Of a stretch of 64,000 nt of DNA, positions 32,845 through 41,176 are shown piece after piece. How positions within the stretch are numbered: position 1 is the stretch's first letter; the number at the start of each line of letters is the position of its first letter. A program made the position numbers and the translations under genes. The stretch lies in the NCBI GenBank assembly GCA_000004985.1, contig GG738926.1; one strand, given 5' to 3'. The stretch comes from Naegleria gruberi (taxonomy: Eukaryota). The notes beneath the pieces were generated by a model. It was not told the origin of the DNA. It made no database searches and saw nothing but the letters and a program-made list of their open reading frames with translations.

Positions 32845-35160
32845 TTACTTGCTCTTGAACTTGTTATCAACCTTCAAAGTCACAGATCTGTTAAACACTA
32901 ATTGATCATTAGTTGTGTCTTGATCAACAACAAAGAAGCCAACTCTTTCGAATTGGTACTTTTCATAGACGGCACGGTTCTTAGCATCTTGGAAATATGG
33001 GTCAACAAATGCGTTTGGCTTAATAATTTCAGAGTTTGGATTAATATAGTTCAACCATTCATCACCAACTTCATCCAAATCGTCACAAGTGAACAACTTT
33101 TCATAGAGTCTGACTTCAGCCTTCATTGGATCAACACCAGGAGCAGATTGAGACAACCAGTGAATATATGTCTTTGGCTTTTCCTTCTTGTCAAAATCGG
33201 CAGTACAATGCAATTCAACAATCTTACCATTTTCATCCTTAATAACCTTTTCACAATGAATGTTACATGGAGCATATCTCAAACCAACGCTCTTATTTGG
33301 AGCCAAACCATAGTAATCTTCAGAGTCAACTTCTCTAAAGTCAGAGCTTTCAATGTAGAGAACTCTGGAGAGTGGCAATTGACGAGATCCTCTTTCGGCA
33401 AGCTTAGGGTGATTCTTAGCTTCAACATGTTCAACCTTGTTAGCATCATAGTTAGTCAAAACAACCTTAAGTGGTTCCAAAACAGCAAAGACACGGTTAA
33501 CACGTTCATCGAGATCAGTACGGAGGGATTGTTCCAATCTTTCAATTGGAATCAAATTTTCAACACGAGTAACACCAATATCATCACAGAATGATTTGAT
33601 ACCTTCTGGTGTGTAACCTCTTCTTCTCAAACCAGCCAAAGTCAAAACTCTTGGATCGTCCCAAGAACGAATAATCTTTTCCTTAACCAACTTCAAAACC
33701 TTACGCTTGGAAAGCAAAGCAGTTGTAATATTCAATCTACTGAATTCATAAACGTGAGGTCTATATAATTTCAAAGTAGCCAATAACCAATAGTAAGAGT
33801 CACGTCTGTTTTCAAATTCCAATGTACACAAAGAGTGAGTAATATTTTCCAAAGAGTCAACAATACAGTGAGAGAAATCATAAGTTGGATAAATACACCA
33901 TTTGTTTCCTTGATGTGGGTGAGCAACATATTTGATACGATAAGCAACGAAATCTCTCATGTTGTAATTGTCACTGCTCATATCAATCTTGACTCTAAGA
34001 ACAGCAGCACCTTCATCGTAAATACCCATCTTCATTTGTTCGAATCTCTTCAAGTTTTCTTCTGGAGTAGTATTTCTGTACTTTGATTCAATCTTATTTT
34101 CTCTTTGATCGTGAATTTCCTTCTTTGATGAAAAGTCAACATAGGCCTTTCCTTCCTTAATTAATTGAACAGCAAAATCGTACATTTGATCCATGTAATC
34201 ACTAGTGTATGTAATCTTAAATGGCTTGAATCCCATCCATTCCATCATTTCTCTAATAGAATCAAAGTAAATCTTTTCTTCCTTTTCTGGATTTGTGTCA
34301 TCATAACGAAGATATGTGCAACCACCTTCTGACATGGCATAACCAAAAGACAAATTCATGGCCTTGGCGTGACCAATGTGAAGGAATCCGTTTGGTTCAG
34401 GTGGGAAACGTGTCATAATTTTACCACCAGTTTGGTTCTTATGTTGTTCCAATAATTCAGGTGGGTTGACAGCAGTTTCAAGGAAACGAGCATCAAAATT
34501 ATAAGTCTTCTTTTGTGGTTGAGTGGCAACCTTTTCTGTGGTAGTGGCAGTTTTAACAACAGCAACCTTTTCTACTTTCTTTGGTGCTTCTTCTACTGGA
34601 GTATCCTTCAGTTCTTCGGATAATGCTTGGAAGGCCTTTTCAACAACTTGTTTAATAATGTTACCATCGGCAAACTTCAATAATTTAATTTCGTTACGCA
34701 AAGTACCAACAAGTTTACCAACATTGGCTTTTCCAATGGTGTAATATGAAAGCTTGTTGCTTGAAATTTGTCCATTAACTAATTCAGTAACCTTTTCTTC
34801 ATTGACATCAGCACCAACACCACATTCAACTTCAAAATCTTGAATTGGGAGTGGTGTAGTACCAATCTTTTTAGCATACTTGATTGCTTCTTCGACTTGG
34901 ACACCAGTCTTGAGTTTACCTTGGGCAATATATTTAGCAATGATTAATCTATTATCAGCCAAATTATCTGGGATGGATTGGATCAACTTCAAGATGAGTG
35001 GACCACAAGAATAATTAAATTCACTAGACTTGTTTTCCAAAGGAATGTTGACTTCGGTGATGGTACGAAGGAATTTTGTTGTGAGGGCTTCATTCTTGGT
35101 AAGATTGAAAATATCCTTTTCATTCAAACCAACAGCCAACAAGATTGCGTCTCTCTCCAT
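32845..35160 (-). CDS. glnS-like: glutaminyl-tRNA synthetase (glutamine--tRNA ligase), cytosolic type with N-terminal extension
   Basis: RFPPEPNGFLHIGHAKAMNLSFGYAMSEGGCTYLRYDDTNPEKEE (HIGH motif, GlnRS signature), KMSKS-like LLSKRK, 771 aa as in eukaryotic GlnRS. Confidence 0.93.
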   Translation of the reverse strand: MERDAILLAVGLNEKDIFNLTKNEALTTKFLRTITEVNIPLENKSSEFNYSCGPLILKLIQSIPDNLADNRLIIAKYIAQGKLKTGVQVEEAIKYAKKIGTTPLPIQDFEVECGVGADVNEEKVTELVNGQISSNKLSYYTIGKANVGKLVGTLRNEIKLLKFADGNIIKQVVEKAFQALSEELKDTPVEEAPKKVEKVAVVKTATTTEKVATQPQKKTYNFDARFLETAVNPPELLEQHKNQTGGKIMTRFPPEPNGFLHIGHAKAMNLSFGYAMSEGGCTYLRYDDTNPEKEEKIYFDSIREMMEWMGFKPFKITYTSDYMDQMYDFAVQLIKEGKAYVDFSSKKEIHDQRENKIESKYRNTTPEENLKRFEQMKMGIYDEGAAVLRVKIDMSSDNYNMRDFVAYRIKYVAHPHQGNKWCIYPTYDFSHCIVDSLENITHSLCTLEFENRRDSYYWLLATLKLYRPHVYEFSRLNITTALLSKRKVLKLVKEKIIRSWDDPRVLTLAGLRRRGYTPEGIKSFCDDIGVTRVENLIPIERLEQSLRTDLDERVNRVFAVLEPLKVVLTNYDANKVEHVEAKNHPKLAERGSRQLPLSRVLYIESSDFREVDSEDYYGLAPNKSVGLRYAPCNIHCEKVIKDENGKIVELHCTADFDKKEKPKTYIHWLSQSAPGVDPMKAEVRLYEKLFTCDDLDEVGDEWLNYINPNSEIIKPNAFVDPYFQDAKNRAVYEKYQFERVGFFVVDQDTTNDQLVFNRSVTLKVDNKFKSK

Positions 35161-35503
35161 ATATTAAATTACTCTATAATCGCGATTAATGAAAAAAACA
35201 ACAAAATGATGAAGAGGAGTTTATGACTTCTTCCGCGCTGCTGATGATTATTTTTTTAATCGTGAAAAATAATAAAATTTTATTTTTTTAAAGGTTTTTC
35301 ATCAGCCATTTATTTTTATCTTTGCTGCTTGTTTGAATTTCTACTCCTTACCTTTTTTTAATGGTAATTACAAAGTGCATCATTGTTTAGATGAAATAAT
35401 GAATTTTGTTTCAATCGATTGTTTTCCAACAAGTTTGATTTTGGAAGATAATCAAGTTGTAAACAAACAAAATCAATTTTCATAAAAAAATTGATCAAAA
35501 AAA

Positions 35504-35920
35504 ATGCAAACAAGTACAAATGAGGAACCATTAGGAGGATCTGGGGTGGCCACCTCCAAACCATCATCATCAACAGCCATGGTCACGGTTGAAATTTCCT
35601 ATTGTCTACATGTCATTTCTCCTCTACCTTTGGCCAAATGCGAAACAATTAATGTCAAACAAAAAATAGATATTACAAATGAATTTCAAATTCACTCGAA
35701 TGAAACCCTATCTAAAATTCAGAAAATTATATCTTGTGTATTGTTAATGGAAGTGGACCACGGAGAATGGATGATTTCGGATGATAATAATTTTGTAACA
35801 ATATCGGAAGATAACCTCATCCAACAATTACTTTCTCAATCACCAACGAGATACCTCGTTTTCAAGTTACCAAGAAGTTTAAGTGGAATAACTCAAATTA
35901 AAATCAAAATTTCACGATAA
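35504..35920 (+). CDS. hypothetical protein (138 aa)
   Basis: ATG in aaaaaaaATG context. Confidence 0.4.
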   Translation: MQTSTNEEPLGGSGVATSKPSSSTAMVTVEISYCLHVISPLPLAKCETINVKQKIDITNEFQIHSNETLSKIQKIISCVLLMEVDHGEWMISDDNNFVTISEDNLIQQLLSQSPTRYLVFKLPRSLSGITQIKIKISR

Positions 35921-35939
35921 ACGTCATATTTACATTTAT

Positions 35940-37412
35940 TTACAGTATAATATTGTTTTTCTTTGCGTAGAGTAAGACTGGTTTTGGATCTAAAGTTTCG
36001 TCTGATGTGTTTGAAAGCATATTTTCGAGAATAAACTTGGATAACATTTTTTCTTCTCTTTGTTTGGCTTTCTCCATCATTATGGATTCTTTTCTCACTT
36101 GTTTCATTTCTTCCAATCTCTTTTGTTCCTTTTCAGTTGCTTGCAATTTTTGATAATCTTGCACACGTCTGGCTCTTTCTTGAGAATTCTTCTTGTCAAT
36201 AAAGTCTTCAATCGCCATTTGCTTGTATCTTTCTCTTGCTTGTTGAGCCATAATCTTGTCAACTTCCTTATCCTTTTCAGAGACTAGCTTTTTGAATTGC
36301 ATTTGTTGTTTCCTGCTGTTATCCACGGTTTCCATAAATGCTTTCTTTCGTTGTTCTTGTTTCTCTTCTTCTTCCTTTTGTTTTTCTTCCATTTCTTGTT
36401 CTTGCTTGACATATCTTTCCTTTTCATTGGCTTTCATTTCCTCGAGCATTTTAGACTGTTTATCGATCAATTTTTGTCTGGATCTCAGTTTTTCTCTCAT
36501 ACGTTCCTCTTCTCTTCTCTTTTGCTCAGTTTCCTTTTCTTCCTTTTCTTGGATAAATTCCAAGTTTTTGAGTTTCTGCTCTTTTTCGTATTCAGCTTGT
36601 CTCCTCTTCTTTTCCTCGATTTCTTCTAATTCTTTTTTGTATTGAGCTGTTGCTCCTAATTGTTGTTCAGCCTTTTTCTTCTTTTTCTCCTCCTCTTCTT
36701 TGGAAAGATTAATCAGATGCAATCTCATTTGCTCCTTTTCTTTCTCCAACTCTTCAATTCGTTTCATGTGTCTTTGCTTGATACTATCAATTTGTGTGTC
36801 TTGATCTTTCCTGATTTCTTTTGCCTTTTCCTTAGCTTTTTGGGAGAGAGCTAGTTTTTCTTGAGCTGTTTTTTGGAGTTGTTCTCTTTGAACTTCCATC
36901 CATGATTCAACTTCTTGTTTTTCCATTTCTTCCATTTGCTTTTTAATTTCAATTTGGCGTTCTCTTTCCCTCAAAACCTCACCCAACAGAACCTTTCCTT
37001 GAACTGCCTTGACACGATCATCTTCAAGCATTCTCATTTTGTTTAATTTCTCTATTTGTTTTCTTTTGATTTCAGCTTGGTAGAGCGCTTCTTCTCTTTC
37101 AAGCCTTTGTTGTTCTTCTTCCTTAATTCTATTACGTTCTTCTCTTTCTTGCTCTTGCTTTACTCGAATGGCGTCAATTGTGTTTCCCCAATTTTGTGCT
37201 CTTCTATCGGACTGTTCTTTAAGTCTCTTCTTTCTCTCATTCTTATCTTCCTCCATATCTCTTTCATCTTTTAATTGGTTCATTATTGTTGAGAATTCTC
37301 CTTTGGTTAGAACAGCATATGTTCCTCTCTTTGGATTATTATCGTAATTTTGATGCCACAATCCCTTTGAGGCATTGTGTTGTTGCTTTGATCCTTGATT
37401 AAATGATATCAT
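35940..37412 (-). CDS. highly charged E/K/R-rich coiled-coil protein (TPH/trichohyalin-like repeats), 490 aa
   Basis: Continuous ORF. Dense ERK heptads. Its antisense strand yields the spurious poly-S/F ORFs seen in the track. Confidence 0.6.
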   Translation of the reverse strand: MISFNQGSKQQHNASKGLWHQNYDNNPKRGTYAVLTKGEFSTIMNQLKDERDMEEDKNERKKRLKEQSDRRAQNWGNTIDAIRVKQEQEREERNRIKEEEQQRLEREEALYQAEIKRKQIEKLNKMRMLEDDRVKAVQGKVLLGEVLRERERQIEIKKQMEEMEKQEVESWMEVQREQLQKTAQEKLALSQKAKEKAKEIRKDQDTQIDSIKQRHMKRIEELEKEKEQMRLHLINLSKEEEEKKKKKAEQQLGATAQYKKELEEIEEKKRRQAEYEKEQKLKNLEFIQEKEEKETEQKRREEERMREKLRSRQKLIDKQSKMLEEMKANEKERYVKQEQEMEEKQKEEEEKQEQRKKAFMETVDNSRKQQMQFKKLVSEKDKEVDKIMAQQARERYKQMAIEDFIDKKNSQERARRVQDYQKLQATEKEQKRLEEMKQVRKESIMMEKAKQREEKMLSKFILENMLSNTSDETLDPKPVLLYAKKNNIIL

Positions 37413-37545
37413 CCTCCTCCAATAATTATTATTTTTATTTAAAAACTACTGATAAATTGTTTGATGCTTTTGTTGTTGTTGCTATTGATGCAATGATGAT
37501 ATTTTTTACAGAGATGTTTTATTGCAACGAACAGATTAAGGTACT

Positions 37546-37558
37546 TTTTGGCGCCAAA
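37546..37558. promoter_or_regulatory. palindromic E2F-like site TTTTGGCGCCAAA
   Basis: Perfect palindrome matching the overlapping E2F consensus TTTSGCGC/GCGCSAAA, about 135 bp upstream of the minus-strand coiled-coil gene start (37412). Confidence 0.35.
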
Positions 37559-37945
37559 CGAACAACAACACCTTTTGAAAGGCAACCTGAAATGTAACCG
37601 TCAAAAATTATATTAAAAGATTAAATTGCTTAATGTTTTCTTTGAAAAGTTTACGTGGTAGATTATCTTCCTATCTTTCTCATTTTGGAATTGATGAAAC
37701 AATGAAAAAATAGTGCAATATAGGAAAAGTTGGAAAAGTCCAATATTTCATCGAAAAATAAATGGCGCGCCCGCCTTAATCACAAAACAAATTTCATAAA
37801 ATTGTAAATCAAACGTTCCTACCCGAATGTTGAAAAAGTACACTATTTTACCAAATATTTCAATGAAAGATGACATTTCTTGTTGTACTCCAACTTGTAT
37901 TCACACTACAAATTGAGCGCCAACAAGTATTTCATAATAGTATAA

Positions 37946-37957
37946 ATTTGGCGCCAT
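37946..37957. promoter_or_regulatory. E2F-like site TTTGGCGCCATT (with related GAGCGCCAAC at 37914 and TGGCGCGCCCGCC at 37763) in a divergent promoter
   Basis: Three GGCGCC-core elements within 200 bp between divergent genes 35940..37412 (-) and 38163..38822 (+). Such GC islands are unusual in the AT-rich intergenic context. Confidence 0.3.
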
Positions 37958-38162
37958 TTTTTTACATTCACTACAAACACTTACTCGAAAAAAAAGAATA
38001 CAAATCTCGATTTGACAACTCATACTGTCAAGTTGCATAGCTGCGAATCACTACCACATATTATCTAAATCCCTAAATCAATCTAGTTGTTATCTAGTTG
38101 TTGTTTATATAAATTTATAAATCGCCTCATCCTCTAACATTGTACAATTTCACACTTTCAAA

Positions 38163-38822
38163 ATGATGATCAAATCCTCCCTAGTTACTCCAATGCCTTC
38201 CATTCATACAACAACAAATTCAATGAATCAACCATACCATTCTCATTCCTCTTCCCTTCATCATTCGACTACCACCACTAATAATAATAACCATCATCAC
38301 AATACACAATTTTTGAAATCAAACCAGAGCTCAATTGATGCCATGTTCAGAAAATTGATGGAAGCCAAGTTTTCATCAACACTTTCGGATATTGAATCAA
38401 ACTTTAACCAATTCGATAATAATTTAAGTTCAACATTGAAAATGATTGAATCAGATTTTAAGAGCCTGTTCGAAACAAAAAAGAGAGGAAGAATTATTTC
38501 ATCTGACACCTCTTCGACAATGTGTGATCAAGACGATTATTCAACTGCCTCAGGAAGCAAGAAGAGAAAGAGAAGCAACTTTTCAAAGAAAGATAAAGAG
38601 CTCCTTATTGAATGGCTTCAAAATCACTCCGACTATCCTTACCCATCAGATGAAGAAAAAGACGAATTACTTGAAAGAGTCTCAATGACCAAAGACCAAT
38701 TAGAAACATGGTTTGTCAACAATAGAAAGAGATTACTCCCAACAGCAACAGCTAGAAAAACACCAGCCATGTTACAATGTGAAGAATTCAACACTAAATT
38801 AGAAAAGAAACTCGTTGTATAA
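38163..38822 (+). CDS. TALE-class homeobox transcription factor
   Basis: KKRKRSNFSKKDKELLIEWLQNHSDYPYPSDEEKDELLERVSMTKDQLETWFVNNRKRL: three-amino-acid loop extension (PYP) and the WFxNxR recognition helix. Confidence 0.85.
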   Translation: MMIKSSLVTPMPSIHTTTNSMNQPYHSHSSSLHHSTTTTNNNNHHHNTQFLKSNQSSIDAMFRKLMEAKFSSTLSDIESNFNQFDNNLSSTLKMIESDFKSLFETKKRGRIISSDTSSTMCDQDDYSTASGSKKRKRSNFSKKDKELLIEWLQNHSDYPYPSDEEKDELLERVSMTKDQLETWFVNNRKRLLPTATARKTPAMLQCEEFNTKLEKKLVV

Positions 38823-38864
38823 ATTAATTTGTATACAATTGAATTCTCTAAAGAATAACACTTT

Positions 38865-39629
38865 TTATTGATCATATTTCTGATGAGCGGTAACTTCCAA
38901 GATTGGTTGATTTTCAGTTGCTTCAGTTGCAGCAGTAGTGTTGGATGTTTCTGTTTTTGCTCTCTCAGATTTTGATTTAATCCACGAGGAGGAAGATCTC
39001 TCATAATATTTAACCTTCTTCTTTTTTCTTGATGCAATAAAACTGAATGCAATTCCAATAATTGTCAATACTAACAATAACACAAATCCAAAAATGCTAG
39101 CCGATGAAATTACAATCCCAATAGGATTGTATCTAATGAGAGGTAAAAGGGCAAGTTCAGTTTCTTTCTTATTCAGGTAGACACTTATTTCGGTTGAGTA
39201 AGGTGGCCAAACATTTGAATCTTTAGGATATTCATCGACAGATAGATAGGTATGTTCATTCTGATAGACCAATACTCTACCCCTACAGAATGTCTGATCT
39301 CCTTTCGGATAGCACAATTGTTCAACTAATTGTCCAACGTATGGACCTTGAACAATATTCCCAAAATCAACCAGAAAGAACACACTCATACCTGTAATGA
39401 AGAATGACGCTGATAATAGAAGAATAGTGAAGAGAAAGCAAAATCCAACTGCTTGACAAATGGTTCTCTTGTAATGCAGACTACCCATTTGGGTGTTCAA
39501 TTGACCAACTAAATCACTAATATCACTATTAGAATCATATTCAACATTAGTTTGATTGAGTGGCTTTTCGTCGTTTTTAACTAATGTGTCTCTCTCCTGT
39601 GTAAACGATGCTTGGATTGATCCAGACAT
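38865..39629 (-). CDS. hypothetical two-pass membrane protein (254 aa)
   Basis: Two hydrophobic helices (AVGFCFLFTILLLSASFFITGMSVFFLV and IVISSASIFGFVLLLVLTIIGIAFSFIA). Real ATG. Confidence 0.5.
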   Translation of the reverse strand: MSGSIQASFTQERDTLVKNDEKPLNQTNVEYDSNSDISDLVGQLNTQMGSLHYKRTICQAVGFCFLFTILLLSASFFITGMSVFFLVDFGNIVQGPYVGQLVEQLCYPKGDQTFCRGRVLVYQNEHTYLSVDEYPKDSNVWPPYSTEISVYLNKKETELALLPLIRYNPIGIVISSASIFGFVLLLVLTIIGIAFSFIASRKKKKVKYYERSSSSWIKSKSERAKTETSNTTAATEATENQPILEVTAHQKYDQ

Positions 39630-40059
39630 TATTTTTTAAAGTTAATCAATAGAATGAACTCTTTCAATCGTTATTTGAATATATCCAAATTCCATTTTCA
39701 GAGATTTTCTTGGAATGAACTACTTCCATTTTTGGTCATTAATAAAAATATGCTGCTAGTGATGATTTACTGTCCACTTTGATTTTTATTACCAGTATTA
39801 CCAGTACATGGAAGGCGCAGAGTCCTATTCTTGGAGAGAATAACTTTTGATTGGCAGTTGATTTTTGAAAAATGTCTTTTTATCCATATTTGGACATTAA
39901 AATAAATATTATTTATTAAATTATTTACAAACTTGTCGGAATGTTATTTTCATTAAATTCAAAAATATTGTGAAAGTCAATTTGTCCATATTTGGAGTCC
40001 AAAAATATTATTTTAAATATTAATCGAAAAAGTATTCGGAATTTTCTTTTCAAAAAAAA

Positions 40060-41100
40060 ATGAAAAAACTTCTCTTGAGTGGCTTTGCAGTTATTGGAGC
40101 TGCTACTGCTGCTGCTGGCTACAAACCTCTCAGAAATTATTATAATGGACCCATGGTTGACCCAAAAATTATGGAACATGCAAATTTAAAAGATAATGTA
40201 ATTGTCATTACTGGTGTTTCAAAGAATGGCATTGGCTATGAAACATGTAAATCCTTATTGGCAAAGAATGGTACCATCATCATTGGAGTGAGAGATTTGA
40301 AGAAGGGAGAAGCGACGAGAAGGGAAATTTTGGAACAAGTTGCACTTGAGGAGAATAATCAAAATAATAGTAAGGGAAATATTTATGTAATGCAATTGGA
40401 TTTGAATGATTTGGATTCGGTGAAACATTTCGCTGATGAAATTAAGGAGAAATTTAAGAGATGTGATATTTTGATTAATAATGCAGGAATTTCCAATGTT
40501 CCTCATGCATTGAGTAAGCAAAATGTTGAGATTCATTTTGGAACCAACCATTTGGGTCACTTTTTACTTACTAATTTGCTAATTGACCAGTTGAAAGATT
40601 CCAAAGGAAGAGTAATAACTGTTGCATCTAGAGCTCATGAAAATTATTATGGTAAAACTTTTAAACTGGACGAGGTTTACAATAATACATGCCACTACGT
40701 TCCAAGTCACTATTTATATGCTAGATCCAAATTTGCAAATGTTCTCTTCTCAAAAAAGCTGGACAGAATTTTGGCTGAGCAATCTAAGGATGAGCTAGAT
40801 AGATGTACCTCTTATTCACTCCATCCAGGATTAGTGACCTCATCAATTGGTCGTTATAGTAGTCTGATGAGTTTTGTTATTGGCACTGTGGGTAGAATTT
40901 TCGGAAAGGACTTGGTTCATGGTTCTCAGACCACTCTCCATGTTGCCCTAGCTGATAAAAGTCAACTGAGAGGAGGTGCATATTATGCAGACTGTAAAGA
41001 AAAGCAAACAAATCCTCTTGCTAATGAAATATCTATACAGGATGAATTATGGCAAACAAGTAAGGTTCTTTGTGCAAAATATTTACGAGAAACAGATTAA
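40060..41100 (+). CDS. short-chain dehydrogenase/reductase (retinol-dehydrogenase/WWOX-like SDR)
   Basis: Rossmann motif ITGVSKNGIGYET, NNAGI, catalytic YARSKFANVLFSKKL (YxxxK). N-terminal hydrophobic anchor. Confidence 0.85.
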   Translation: MKKLLLSGFAVIGAATAAAGYKPLRNYYNGPMVDPKIMEHANLKDNVIVITGVSKNGIGYETCKSLLAKNGTIIIGVRDLKKGEATRREILEQVALEENNQNNSKGNIYVMQLDLNDLDSVKHFADEIKEKFKRCDILINNAGISNVPHALSKQNVEIHFGTNHLGHFLLTNLLIDQLKDSKGRVITVASRAHENYYGKTFKLDEVYNNTCHYVPSHYLYARSKFANVLFSKKLDRILAEQSKDELDRCTSYSLHPGLVTSSIGRYSSLMSFVIGTVGRIFGKDLVHGSQTTLHVALADKSQLRGGAYYADCKEKQTNPLANEISIQDELWQTSKVLCAKYLRETD

Positions 41101-41176
41101 ATTCTTTCAATGTCAATGACCTTATTTTTTGAGAGTGAAAGGACCAAGTTGTTAGCTCACGTGATTGGAAGATTTA

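Noticed and set aside
35221-35240. TTCCGCGCTGC upstream of the GlnRS start as an additional E2F-like site
   Set aside because: Lacks the TTT/AAA flanks and palindromy of the other elements. Too weak to call.
36256-36854. Several poly-S/F/L ORFs on the plus strand (36256..36645, 36297..36629, 36660..36854, 37056..37274)
   Set aside because: They are the antisense reading of the highly repetitive E/K/R coiled-coil gene on the minus strand (GAA/AAG repeats read as TTC/CTT). Low-complexity artefacts.
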